Notes: generated by a model from the sequence alone, not told the origin. DNA of 64,000 bases from Guillardia theta CCMP2712 (GCF_000315625.1 NW_005434585.1:138616-202615); one strand, 5' to 3'; counted from the stretch's first letter, positions 22,446-35,132 are shown. A program made the numbers and translations.

Positions 22446-25400
22446 CTACAGGAACTCGTTCAGTCTCTGCGGCAGGTGGGAGAGTGCAGGCGCTGGGGTC
22501 TCACCCGTCTCGCTCCTCGTCGCTCCCTGCCGCGAACACAAAGGACATTTGCAGGCCCCTGTCCTGTATCGACGAAGCTCGTGAGGGGGTAGAGGAGGAA
22601 GCATGTTGTTCTCCCTCACCTGTCCTGACTGCAGCCTCGGGTCCTTGCAAGTGACGAGTCTGAAGCAGGAGGAGAAGAAGAGCGTGCGGTTGCTCGAGCT
22701 CAACGTGGGCTGGCAGCGCAGGGCAGAGTCAGAATCCCTGCTCTCCCTCTCAGTGAATCTTGGCTACCTCCTCCTCCCCCAGCTCGGGCCCGTATCTCTC
22801 CAAGCTGTCCACGTCAGCACAGAAGAGGAAGGAAACCTTTCTACCCTGCAGTAAATCCCGTCACGGGGTCCCTTATCGCAGGATCACAGGAGACCTTGCC
22901 GTCTTTCTTGCCCGTGGAGTAGTAGGAGAGGAGGCCGTTCTCACACACAAACAGGCTCTTCCTCCAGTGAAGCTCCTCGGTGCCGCTGGCGTAGCTGTTG
23001 AGCTTGTACAGGAACCCACGGGTTCTCTGCCACCTCTTGATGGTAGTGACGGTGTAGGTATGAAGGGGGCAGATTCCTGTCTCCAGGATCATCGCGTCCT
23101 CCATGTGCTCGATCGTGATGTTCTTGCTGTCCACTTGGCTCTGAGGGTGACGTGGCTTCACGTGCTGCCCTTGCCTCCTCACGTGAAGGCTCTTGATCCC
23201 GTACGGCGTCGTGGGCGAGGAGGATACCTTGGCGAGCCGGAGGAGGAGGAGGAGCTGGCCCGCGTGGATGGTCCCATGGATGATGGGGAACCATTGGCAG
23301 AGCGTCTCGCCAGCCACGAGGCGTAGGAGGGGGAAGGTGACGGCTCCGATGGGCTGCTCGGTAGAGGGGTCCTGGTCAATGATCTTAGCCTTGAGCTCGG
23401 TGGTGTCGTCGGCGTACTCGAGCACAAACGACTCGTTCCAGAAGGGGTTCAGCGTCCTCCGCTTCGCCTGCGTCCGGGCGACGAGGGGACCCAGCGAGAG
23501 CTGCACGAAGGGATCGCTGTAGCCGTCGGGATCGGAGGCGAGAAGGCCGACGGCTCGTATGACGAGGATCTGCAGGGCACCGATGCCGTCCTGGGTCTGC
23601 TTGACGACGGAGAAGGAGGAGGGGTTGAGCCACCAGAGCAGGTTCTCGTCGTAGTCCCAGTAGCGCTGCTGCCTGGGTCTGGACGAGCTGACAGCCCTGG
23701 TCTGTCCCTCAGGACCGACGGTGGAGACTTTGAAGCGCAGAGCGACTGAGAGAGAAGCCTGTTCGATCGAGCTCTCCTTCCCCTCGTGCGAGAGCTTGTA
23801 GACAAAGTTGACGTCGGCAGTAGACGTACCACCAGCGCTCGCCCTGTCATGCTCTGATATCTTACCAGGCAGCTTCCCCTTCTTGGCCGACTTCTTTAGC
23901 TTCAGCGCGTCTTCCGAGGGCTGCCGCTGTTGCTCCTCCACATTGCGAGCAAGGATCTTGGCATGCACCATGTTGAGCCGCTTGCAGACGAACCCGATCG
24001 CCTCGTCCGACTTGTTGGACTCTGTATGTCTTTCGTACACAATGATGCGAAGCTCCGAGTGATGGTCGATTTGCTCCCTGCCGTATCCATCCAGCTCAGT
24101 AGGGACCGTGAAGCGGAACGTCTGGTCCCACTCGTTGTTGATGCCCCACTTGATGGTCCGTGTGCGGAACTCCTGGTTGCCGACAGAGACCTTGCAGTAG
24201 AGGTTGGGATGACGATGCTCGACACCTGGGACGTCGAGGATCTCGTTGATGGTGATGATGAGCTCAAAGATTCTGATCGAGCTCTTCTTCAGCTCCTCCG
24301 CCTCCTTCTTCTTCTGGAAGGTCTCGAAGTCCCCGGTGAAGGACAGGCGCTGCGCCGTCTTCTTCGTGTGTGTTACCTGCGTCTTGTCCTTGAGGCAGAT
24401 GCCTTGACGGAGCCGATGGATCTTCCACAGCATCGCTGAGTTGGGGTCGTCGGACTGCATCGGGAGCAAGACGACTTCCTCTAGGCGGACGGTGCAGCTG
24501 TCAAGGAGGAAGAGGTTCTCTCCGAGGGAGAACAGGTTGGTCCCATCATCATCGCAGTTGCTCAGGTTGGGCAGGTTCTCGTGGAAGAGTTTTGCTGCCC
24601 TCTCCTGCATCCTGCTCTTCTTGTCAAGCCTCCTCTTGAGCGAGAAGAACGTCTCGTCAGGGTCACTCAGCCGGATCTCAACCGCCTCCTCCTCCACCTT
24701 CTTCTTGTACATCACGATCCTAACGTCCACTCCCGCCGAGAAAGCAAGCTTCTCTTGCGACATCTGCCCCTCGTGCACTGCGTACCATCCTGAATCCTCT
24801 AGCTGGCTCGGGACCATGAGCTTGTTCGTCTGCAAGATCTGCAAGCTGGCGTGGTCAGGCTTCTCCATCTCGACCTGGTACTGACGGGGAGGGCGGTGGG
24901 GCACCCGGAACCGAGGGACTCGGGAGGCGATGATGTCCAGCCATTTCTCAGCTTCCCTCTCGTTCCTCGCGGAGAGGCGAAGAATCCGGTTCTCCTCCCT
25001 GACGCTCTCGTCGAACTCCAGGTACATCCCTGCCCAGCCCGACGGGCAGCCCACGTACTCCATCGTGTGATAGAAGAGCAGACTGTCGAGCGTGCCAACC
25101 TCGACTTCCGAACCGAAGAGAGTGTAGGTCAGCAGGTTGTCTGCGCTGATACAGAAGAGAAGATTTCTCCATCTCGACTGGTCGAAGTCGGGTGCAGTCC
25201 TGTCGTGGAGGAGGAGAAAACCCTTGATGGCTGGCTGGACACTGTCCGCAAACCGGATGGTGGTGAACGGCTCGCTCTGCAGCTCCTCCAGCTGTTGGAG
25301 GATCTCGTTGCACAGGTGGTTCTGCGGGAGCTCTCTTGCAAGATCGACTGAGGAGGCCGGGTACTTCTCCTTGCTGAGGTAGATCACGTGGGAGACGCTC

Positions 25401-26491
25401 TCGGCATGGAAGAAGGATCGTAGGTACGTCCCTGACATGAGGGCCTTGAACTCGTCGAAGTTCACGACCCCGTCGCCATTGGTGTCAAACAAGCTGAACA
25501 GCTCTAGAACTTCTTTCTCGTCGATCCCTGATCCCGAGCCACTTGCCACCTTGACCAGCTCGTCGCGGGTGATGGAGCCATCATGGTCGACATCGATCAT
25601 GTCAAAGATTTCTTGCAGCTCTTCGTTCTGCATTGGATTCAAAATGTCCACCTTCTCCAGGCGCTTCTCGATCACTCTCTGCTCCAGCTTCTCCAAAAAG
25701 TTTCTGTTCTCCGTGGGAAACAACACGGCCAGGAATTCCACGAACTTCAGCTTGCCATTGTGCTCGACACAAGCCTTGTTAATCTTGTCAACGACCTTCC
25801 GGACAGAAGGCATCGGGATCTCTTGGAGCAGTCCAGACCTCTCTGCCTCCACTCGGCTGCCTGGTTGTGCCTCTGACATCTCGATCCCATCCATGATGGT
25901 GCGGGTGACAAAACTGTACTTCCGTTTGTCCTTGCTGTAACTCTCTTTCAGCAACGAGAACGGCCGTATGGACCTCTTGCGCTCCCTGTTGAACAAGAAT
26001 CAGTGAGATACAGCCCGGGATGTCTGAGAGAGATCGGCAAACCTATCTGACGAGGGTGTCACAGGGGTAAGGGTGTCTTTTCTTACATCAGAGTCATCCG
26101 TCAACCATGCCATCAGGTTCTCTTGAGTCAGCAGGCCCTCAGCCTTGACGTCGATCGTGTCAAACAAGTCACGTGCCTGCATCGCGAACTTCAGGGTGAT
26201 CCTGCCAGTCTGGCTCATCAGCGACTCATGCAGAGACATCAGTTGCGCGAAGGGCAGCAGCTTCGATTCTGCCACCGACGTCCTTCTCATGCTGATCGAC
26301 CTGAGGGCATCGGCCAAGAGAGGGGGAGGACGAGCAATGAAGGACCGTGTCGTCGACCTTGGTGTGGTAGGGTTGGACGGCCCCGACGATACTACAGTAC
26401 CACCTGACCTTGTCCTAACGAGCGAGCCTGGCCTTCCTGAAACTGACCTTGCAGATGGAGGCCGCTGGATCCCCTCGGGTCTTTCAGGCAT
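22446..26491 (-). CDS. EF-hand / PH / C2 / C2 / PH multidomain protein
   Basis: EF-hands DVDHDGSITRDE and DTNGDGVVNFDE; PH-like LRLSARNEREAEKWLDII; C2 domains YCKVSVGNQEFRTRT…EWDQTFRF and DPDGYSDPFVQLSLG…TLNPFWNESF; second PH start RGFLYK…WRKSLFVCENGLLSYY. One ~3.1-kb exon. Confidence 0.85.
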
Positions 26492-26599
26492 GGTGAACTC
26501 AGAGCTCTCAGGCTGCTGCTCTGTATCTCAAGGACTCAAGCTGTTGGACAGCAAGCTGTTGCATTGCCGTTTTACTGTTTGACTTTTTTTTGTACTAGT

Positions 26600-26790
26600 G
26601 TGCCGTGCTGCTGCCCCGGGCCCGGCAGGCGACCGGGCTCAGGCTCAACTTGCCGCCGCCGGGTGATCGGACGTAGCCTGTCGGGGTCAGACTCATCGGG
26701 CCTCCGGCCGCCGATTGGACCTTCACCCTTGACCTTCAGCTCAAAGTTAAGCCTGCCAGTGGCAAGGCAGTCATGGTAAGACCGTGACAA
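26600..26790. other. GC/CpG-rich island with CTCAAAGTTAAG
   Basis: CCCCGGGCCCGG; CTCAAAGTTAAG at 26740-26751; immediately upstream of the C2 gene. Confidence 0.7.
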
Positions 26791-26971
26791 TGATTAGACT
26801 GTTCCCAGCAGCTCAGTTGTTGCAGAACAGTCACCCTGCACAGCCTCGGAAACCGGTCACAACTTGTGCGGCGGGTCATATTGTTTCGAGCCCCTGGTGC
26901 GCAGTATCTGTGCAGACACTCAGTTTCCTGGGCAATTTGCCATGAACCATGAACGGTAGCCTTACAGTGCT

Positions 26972-27392
26972 TTATTTCATTTCTGAATCAGAGTCATACT
27001 CTTTACAGTTCACAACAGTCACTCCAGTCGGAATGTCTGGCACACAAGCTGCTCGCACTTGAGACTCATTGGCGACTGTCGCAATCTTCAATCTCTGCTT
27101 CCGAACATACACTACAGCAATTACTGTAATGCCGATGGCAGAAAATGCACACGCCACGACAACGACGATGATAAGTGGAGAACTGTCTGCTTTGCTGATC
27201 TCAGTCGCTCCCGTGCTCTGACTCGTATTGTTGCTATCAGAAGATGAAGCCGTTTTCTGAGTGTTGTCATGACTTTGAGATGAGCCTAGAATCCCCTGAT
27301 CGCTCGGTAGATTTGTTCCTCCGGATGACTCCGATTTCTGAGGTGGAGGAGTTGTTGCAATGGTTGTCGTAGTTGTTGTGATTCTGCTTGTA

Positions 27393-27442
<50 letters not shown>

Positions 27443-29119
27443 GGCGTCTGCGGTTGTGGTTGTTTCCTGAGGAATCTGAAGCGGCGCAACAGTGTAGTTG
27501 GAAAACGATGTCGCAACAGACACCGATGAAAACAAATTGGTACCTAGCGCTGCTTTTGTAGCCTCGGAGTTAAGATTTGAAGCGGTCATTGTAGCGGCTG
27601 CCTTGTTTGCATACAGTTTGCTTTTCATGCTGATAGTGGCCATCATAGTAGTAGAAGATGAGGAAGCGCTAGTTTCGCTGTTGATAGTCACATCGTTCTG
27701 TGAGGAAAGAGGGCCAGCGGCGTTGGCCAGCACTGTCCTGATTGTGCTTCTAGTGGTAGATGTCAGGCCGCTGGAAGCAGCCGCGTAGTTAAAGGAAACT
27801 TTCAGCGAAATCTCCGAAGAAGGCTCTACCAGGACCTGAGGAACGCACTGCTCGAACAAACAACCAACTACCAATGTCTGGGTGTCGTCCCAGAAGCCGT
27901 AAGTCACTGGATCCAGCGCGCTTTCAGTGAAAAACTGCTCCTGGCCGACTTCATTCAAGACATTCAAGAGTTTTGCTTCGTCAGTCACATTCACTAAGAA
28001 AGTGACCTTGACCATGAGAGGCTGAGCTGTTCGCAGCTTGGCGTTTGTATGATTCCAATGGACCACGTTTCGTGTGGCAGATTGCGATCCCTTATTCAAC
28101 TTGTTGGAAGACTTGAGTTGATTTCCCAGCAATTTCCCCACCGCCTTTACATCTTTCATTTTGATGCCGGAAACTGCTGCCCATGAAGCTTGCCAAATGT
28201 CTCCGGTCTCTTCATACGTGGTTATGAAGTCATATGCACCCAATCCGATTCGTATTGCTGTTCCATATGGAGGTGGAATGAATTTATTGCTTTTCCGCAG
28301 TATACTCTCAGTAATAGACAGGATCAAGTTTTGATCCGACGAAATGTCGGTTGTCAATGAATACGAAGTCTTGACGATATCGATCTGCGCGAGAAATCTT
28401 GGTTTGGCAAGGTATCCTATTCCGAATTTTATCAGTGATAACTGAGCTTCTCCCACGAGAGAGTCGAAGACAGCTGAGGAGTAGGTCGTTCCCCCGCATG
28501 ATCCTCTGCAGCCCCAGAAGTATCCTTGGGCGCAGCATCCGCATGTCCCTGTCGCCCGTGTGCTACACGGCCCTGTTCCCTGGGCATCGCCGCATGTTCC
28601 CAGGCATCCATAAAGGATCCCAGACTCGCAACATCCACATTCATACGTCTCGCGGGTGCTGCAAGGTCCAGAACCTGCTCCGCCACAGCTGCCAGAGCAA
28701 CCGTAGACCCAACCTGAAGTACAACAGCCGCAGCGACCAGTCCGACGAGTAGAGCAAGGACCTGAATCCGGAGCACATGAACAGCATGAAGAACAGAAAC
28801 CCAAGAAAGAAGTACAACAGCCGCATTCACACAGTAGGCTGACAGCTGAAGATATGCTCTGATTCTTAAGCTCATGCAGGGACCTTCGATCTGGGCTCAG
28901 GCTTGATCCGAAAACTTTTGTAACCTCAAATGTAACGCGAAGTTTGGTACGAGTGCTTATTGTAGCAGAAGACATTGCCAGGTCAGACCTAAACTTGTTC
29001 TTATAGTCCATGATGAAACCGAAGTAGAAACCTCCAATGGCAGGGATCAAGATAGCTACGAGAGCCACGGCAACGCTCATTGAAGAGCACAACCTTGAGC
29101 TCGAGCTCGCCATTTTCAA
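26972..29119 (-). CDS. intronless Cys-rich-repeat, Thr-stalk membrane/surface protein
   Basis: 715-aa ORF; N-terminal hydrophobic segment; three ~31-aa Cys repeats; poly-Thr stalk encoded by (ACCACG)n; C-terminal TM LIIVVVVACAFSAIGITVIAVVYV followed by RKQR. Confidence 0.85.
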
Positions 29120-29184
29120 GGTGTCTCTGCGGACGCCGGGCAGGACGCTGTTTCAATCCGGAAAGCTAACGCCAAAGGTCAATG

Positions 29185-29260
29185 TGGGGGTGGTGTGTGA
29201 TGTAAAAAAGGGGGTATGGAGTCAGGTTTACTCAAAGTTAAGTTAAAATCAGGTATGCCG
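29185..29260 (+). promoter_or_regulatory. putative regulatory element: GGGGT words plus GTTTACTCAAAGTTAAG
   Basis: The 17-mer at 29226-29242 is identical to the reverse complement of 7526-7542; lies between divergent genes. Confidence 0.5.
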
Positions 29261-29729
29261 GGGGCAAGAACATTTCGTGTCAAAGGCTGAGGGAGAGGCA
29301 ATACACGAGTTGGCAGATCAGCAGGACCCCCGCAAGTCCCCCGGCGCCTCAGTCCACTAGCATGAGGGGTTCAGGTGGTCACTTTGTTTATATGTCGGGT
29401 GCATGCTCAGACCCATGCGATAGTCCTCAACTCGGTGCCGAAAAAATGACTTTTTTTTTTGTCGATGGTACTGAGGCGGGCGTGACAATTTCCATCATTG
29501 GGCAGAAAGGGGATGAGGGCTGCTAACAGTTCTAAGCGCAAGAATGTCCAGGCTCGCCGTGGTGGCCGCGCTTGCAGCGGCAGGACTAGCAGGTGAGAGG
29601 AGGAAGAAGACGGGCTGACCTCGTCCTGGAGCAAAGATACGCAAGAGTCAGCACCTGACTGATCATGAGTGATATGATTTCACGTTTGTTGGGGTCTAGG
29701 AGCAGGAATTAAAGGGAGTCAGGCAAGGT

Positions 29730-30711
29730 TGCATGCTGGGTTCAGGGCAGCTAGTATACTAGGAATAGAGCTCGAGACAAACCTCGGCGGGCACACACGA
29801 TCGATACTGAAAGTTGCTGCAGAGGGCTTCAGCTTCTCCCATGTTTCCCTGCGATCCGATCTCTCCTTGTCGTCGCCAAGAAGGCTGGCTCTGTCGGTTC
29901 GCAAGAGCATCATCACACCTTCGATGCACTAAGTTGCTCCAGCAGAGAGGCCTTCTCAGGAAGGCCCCAGTCGCAACGTCTGTCCGTATGTCAGAGGAGA
30001 AGGCACAAGGCGAAGAGAGCAACGTCTCTCCATGGCTGCGTCTTGATACCCGCGGGTACGTCATCTTTGTCTGCCATTTCGATCAGCTGACTCGCCGTTT
30101 TCTACTGGCAGCGGCGCGATCGTCTGGTCCATCATCTTGCTTGTCGCACCATTTTTGGCGTACGGGCCTGTTACTGCTGTTGTCGGCGATGAGCTCCAGG
30201 TGAAGCTTGTCGTGAGAAAGTGAGCCGAATGCTGACCAACGGGAAGGCTGGAAGAATCATCGCAGCGGTTTACATGGTAGGGTTGTGTGCAGCGTGGACC
30301 TTTTCATACATCTTCAGGGTATGGCGCTTGTAGAACCTTGCGATGCACTTACGAGGTGACGTCAGGTTGGTACAAAGGACATGACCTACTCCAAGCAGCT
30401 TAAAGCCTACGAAGACGGTGGACTACAGCCATGGGGTTGTGATGCTGACCTGACCATGTTTGCAGCGGTCATCGCGAAGAGATTCGAAGAGCTCCAGGAG
30501 GATGAGGTCCTTGACTTCTTGTCAGTTTGAGGGAAAGTTTGATCAGAATGCAGGTGGAGGCGCTGATATCCGATCTGGAAGGCGACCAGCCCAAGATTCC
30601 AGGAACCTCGGAGAAGGCAACAGATTTCCTGTCTCCCCTGATGTTCTGATTCTGTCTTCCATGCAGGACAAGAAGGTGAAGGGGAGTGGCTGGCGTCCTG
30701 ATCAGTATTGA
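29730..30711 (+). CDS. DUF3007-like plastid membrane protein (start uncertain)
   Basis: Spliced: AAEG-F transit-like leader; LDTRGG; two TM helices; FSYIFRVGTKDMTYSKQLKAYEDAVIAKRFEELQEDE, which matches my recall of cyanobacterial/plant DUF3007. Confidence 0.72.
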
Positions 30712-30959
30712 GAAGTAATACGCGTCAGTGGAGAGTGAAATATGCACACATTTAGAACTTGAAAATGAGGGATTGAGATCGTTCCCCTTCAAATATCTGG
30801 CAGACGACACGGCATGTGTTGCAAGGAATCTCTCACACACTTTCCAGGGAGTTTCCCGAATCATTTAAACTCTTACATGCTCTTCAGCAAGTGCGCAGCA
30901 AACTTCACGATCACGACCGGAATTTGTGATATCTTGAAGTTATGACATCTTGAATCACG

Positions 30960-31681
30960 CTCGTTCATCGACCTTCTGGAATGTCCAGCTCATTCATCAC
31001 CTGAGCGAAGAAGTCAAATCAAAGACAAGCACACCAGGAAGTAGATCTCACTTCCTGGGGCAGGTCTAGGGGTAGCGCCACAGCATATCCGAAGTAACCA
31101 TTTGGTCGCTTCCGACACCTGATTTGAGGGCGTCACATTGCAGTTTGGGAGGCAGATCTATCCTACTTTGCAATCTCTTCCTTCAGAAGATCTACTCTGT
31201 CCCACTTCACGCACAGCTCCGCAAGAAACTGCAAATGCTCCAGATATTCCGTCTCGGTGAGTGGAAACGACTGTTGGCCGCACCATTTCCACATCACGTT
31301 GAAGAAGATCATCGGCTTACCAAGAAAGTATTCCCTCTTGATCTGTACGTCATATGGCACACCCCATTTCTCTACAATCAGGTCTCTGAAAGCATACCCG
31401 TCGAACTCTTTTGATTCACTCTTCTTCCCTTTCCAAGACTGTTGCATCAACGACCGGAAGGCCTCGATCGATTCCTCGTCGTACGCATTTGCCGATGCGT
31501 CGTCAGCATCGTTGTTTGCACTCATCCTGTAGCTGGAGTACATCGGAGACACCTTGCACCTTCTGGCGTTTGCCGTCACTGGCCGCCTTGAGTATGTTGC
31601 AGGCAGCAAGGGGAACGTGAAACCGTCCGCAAGCTGCAGAAGCAGAACCAACGCCAGGGCCTTGCATCGCTGAGCCACCAT
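30960..31681 (-). CDS. DUF3067-like plastid-targeted protein (3' end approximate)
   Basis: Signal MVAQRCKALALVLLLQLADG-F plus transit peptide; LIVEKWGVPYDVQI…VMWK…QQSFPLTETEYLEHL matches DUF3067. Confidence 0.8.
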
Positions 31682-32027
31682 GTGAGAATATCAGATGAAT
31701 AGAGATGCCTGTGCGAAGAAAAGAAAGAAAGAAAGAAAGAAAGAAAAGAACATCGTCAGAATTGAACGACAGGAAACAAATGTGCTTTGGGTGTCCACTA
31801 TCCCTGATAGTTCCAGGTGCGGTATGGCTAGATGTCAAGCGCAATGAACATACATCCTCCTCCTCCTCCTCTGTCTCTACAAGATCATCGTTTGCGGTCT
31901 GCATGCAGCTGCTCCCTCCCTCTCTTTCACTTCTTTGCACCCTGCAGGAGTAGCTCCACCATGATGAGGTGGGAGGCACAATGCAAGAGCAGTTAACTAA
32001 ATATAAAAATGTTTTATCTTCATCATT

Positions 32028-32500
32028 CAGGCCGCGGCGGCCCGGCCGGGCCCTCTGGGCCGGGGCCCCAGTGCCGGCCGCGCCGCCCGTTGCCGGGCAA
32101 TCCGGCGAATGGTGACTTCCGAGTTCAAGGAGGCCCATGCGGGACACGGTGAGGCACGCCTGGCGCCGGTGACACGGGCACCGTACGGCCCGGTCCGCCA
32201 GTGAGTGACTCAGGCTTTACTCACTGAAGTATTGAGTCCGACTGAGCCTCGCCCAGTACGAACTCAGTTCAATGTGAAGACAATCCGATGATCTGATCAC
32301 TGTGCCACCACTAGAGCGGCTTGCCCCAAGTGACGGACTCATCACCATTGGGACCGTACATCTTTCCGCACTGAGGCCGAGCACCACAGAACTTTCAACC
32401 GCGGCTACTGACTGACTCGTGACTCGCGGCGGCACTACGCATCCCGCTACAGTGATTGATCCCTGAGGCCGATTCAATGGCCGCTTGATGAGTCACGGTT
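32028..32500. other. GC/CpG-rich island
   Basis: Sharp AT-to-GC transition at ~32028; CCGG/GGGCCC; GAGTGACTCAGGCTTTACTCA (~32204-32223); TGAGTCA at ~32489. Confidence 0.7.
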
Positions 32501-32816
32501 TGCGCATCGAGCCACGAGTGAAGATACGTTCAAACTTTATTGACTGATTCTCTGAGGCCTTTGAAAATTAACTCGGTTCAACCGGGATAATGATCATAGT
32601 AAGTCAGCACTTCTCGCCGGGAACTTTGCCAGGTTGTAAGGGAGAGGCTCTGTGAGCCTCTGAGATAAGGAAATCACGATCATAAGGATCTATTCCCTTT
32701 CCGTACTATGGCAGGATCAATTCTGGTGGCAATAGAAGGGAATTAGTATTCCTCTGATAGTCTGACAGGAAAGCATAAAATCATCACACTGGTGGATTAA
32801 CTACTGCAACACACCC

Positions 32817-33533
32817 TCATAATTGAGGTCCCTGATTTCGATCATGATCAACCCGAAAGAGAGATTTCCCGCTTGCGGGTGTAAATGTGTCTTGGATTGC
32901 TACACGGTCGGAGGTGAACTGGATCTCTGGCCTCTCGCTGAGGAAAAGACCGATTCTGTCAGGACACATCATCCAGGCATCATTAAACATGCGTGAAGGT
33001 TGCTTCGCAACTTCAGGTAATGCTTTCACTACCGCACATTGTGAATCTGAATGCGAGCCTACCGATGCCTGAGCAATGCCTTCGTCGTTATCACTGAAGC
33101 TGCTCTTTGAGCCAGCACTTCGAACTTCACTTCTTGCTCCCCCTTCGTCCTTCTTCCTGTGCTCTGTTGGGAGCGAGTCTGTCATCTTTGTGTGGACATG
33201 TACGTCCTGTGAGGAAATTTCCGCTTTCAATTTCTGCCTGTCAAATGAGTCCACTTTTTGCTTGTATATTCGCTTGTCCTCGTCAGTCCATAGCAAATAT
33301 GTTGCATGACTCCACGTACGCTTGTTCCATATGTCTCTAACAGCCTTCGCTGTAATTCCATACTTTGCTCCGAGGGCAGCGCTGACACTTGTTGGAGAGA
33401 ATGTTGACCCAGCTTGAATTCTTTCTTGTGAGTACATGTATATCTCCCGTGCCACGTCGGGAGTGATCAACGCTCTTCCGCTCTTGATCTCGTTTCGGTG
33501 CATTGCAGAATCGGAGTCAGACATTCTGTGCAT
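32817..33533 (-). CDS. HTH-like putative DNA-binding protein, family copy 2
   Basis: RALITPDVAREIY…LGAKYGITAKAVRDIWNKRTWSHAT; DAWMMCPDRIGLFL. First ATG at 33533. Confidence 0.85.
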   Translation of the reverse strand: MHRMSDSDSAMHRNEIKSGRALITPDVAREIYMYSQERIQAGSTFSPTSVSAALGAKYGITAKAVRDIWNKRTWSHATYLLWTDEDKRIYKQKVDSFDRQKLKAEISSQDVHVHTKMTDSLPTEHRKKDEGGARSEVRSAGSKSSFSDNDEGIAQASVGSHSDSQCAVVKALPEVAKQPSRMFNDAWMMCPDRIGLFLSERPEIQFTSDRVAIQDTFTPASGKSLFRVDHDRNQGPQL

Positions 33534-34505
33534 TTCAAGATCGACTTGAGACAACGTTGAGGGCGGCAGGAGACGCTCACTCCTCGGAATCAAACCTCTT
33601 CTTCGCAAATCCTCTTCGCCTGTTTGCCTTTCCCCCGTTTCGGCCGTCTCTTTCGCTTTGGGCAGAAGTATTCATATTTCAATCATCATCAGCTGTCTTT
33701 CAAATTTTCACCCAAATTTTTCAATGAAGGTTGAACTTGGTTTTTATATAATTTATATAGTCCTTCTATGGCTACCTTAGCATCGCAATGCGTGAGATCG
33801 AATCGTTCTGAAATCGGCTAAAACGTTTTACTCTGCATCTTTTTTTTTGATTTACTACAGGCATGTGAGCAACTTTCAGCAAAAACTTTGTAGACGACAC
33901 GAGCTCATCCTGGAGATACCTGTGAGGGTTTTAAGAATACGCAAAACCTCACCGTTTCTGACCAGTGTCCCCCGAAGGTTGTGGAGGGCTTTGTCAGCAT
34001 TGACTGTCTATCTGCACCGGTTGCCGCCCATATCTCATCACATAAAACGCCCCAGGTTTTATCTTGAGCTCTGAGGCGGAGTCCATGGCTATCATTGGCT
34101 GTTGTAGTAAAGATGGATGGGCGTCCCTTCAGTGGTCAGCGGCACGTAAGGCTACGGTTTTTGGTCGTGTGAAGCGACACGTTTCGTCGAGGTGGTACCT
34201 TGCGTCTCTCCGCCGGGTTTTATACTTATAATAAATCGGCCCCAGCCTCCGGCCTCTCCCCTAGCCCCTTGGCCCTATATGTCTTTTGCCCGATTCCCCG
34301 TACATCAATCTCCCAATCCCGTCCTCCCTCTTGACAAAGTGGCCTCGCATACACATACCTGCTCCTACTTTCCTTCTAGGTTACCCTTTACTCTCCAACA
34401 ATCGAATGGGCAGTTCCTCAGAAATATCCACAACATGCTGTAGAGGCTGCTTCTGTTCTGGGTACCTAAACGTCTGATTGCATCTTCGAAACTGGAGGTA
34501 TCGAC

Positions 34506-35132
34506 ATGAAAGCCGCTGCTCGATCTAAGAGCGCACAAGAAGATGAGAATCTGAAGTTCTTCTCGAACAAGAGTGGGAAAGCTCTGATTACCACACGGGT
34601 TGCCCAAGAAATATACCTGATATACAAGAACAAGGAAGCTTCTGGTGCAGTTTGGACACCGACAGTCACCAGCGAAGAGCTTGCAAACAAGTACGGGATC
34701 ACAGCGAAAGCAATACGAGACATCTGGAACAAGCGGACATGGCGGCACGCCACCGTAAAATATTGGACTGAGGAAGAGAAGAGGCAATTCAATAACAAGC
34801 CAAAGCCTCGTGAGAAAATGACAGCCAACGAGCTTGAACAGCGCACGCATACGGCTGCTGAGTTAATTTCGCTCCCCGCAAGTCCTGACACCTTGTCTCA
34901 GAGCGCACACAGCGGAGGGATCAAGGTTGACAAGAACGAGTCTGTCTCATCTGTTTCGCGATCTGAAGAACAGGAAAACGAGGGATGGCAGGAGGATGTA
35001 GAGGTGGCTACTAGTTCCTCCAACATACAGCACAGTCGTCCAAGCTTTGAGACGCAAGACGATGGATGGATGACGTGCCCCTCGAGGATAGGAATGTTTA
35101 TATCGAGCATCCCTTCGGTCGAACTCAAATAG
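34506..35132 (+). CDS. HTH-like putative DNA-binding protein, family copy 3
   Basis: KALITTRVAQEIY…LANKYGITAKAIRDIWNKRTWRHAT; DGWMTCPSRIGMFI. Confidence 0.87.
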   Translation: MKAAARSKSAQEDENLKFFSNKSGKALITTRVAQEIYLIYKNKEASGAVWTPTVTSEELANKYGITAKAIRDIWNKRTWRHATVKYWTEEEKRQFNNKPKPREKMTANELEQRTHTAAELISLPASPDTLSQSAHSGGIKVDKNESVSSVSRSEEQENEGWQEDVEVATSSSNIQHSRPSFETQDDGWMTCPSRIGMFISSIPSVELK

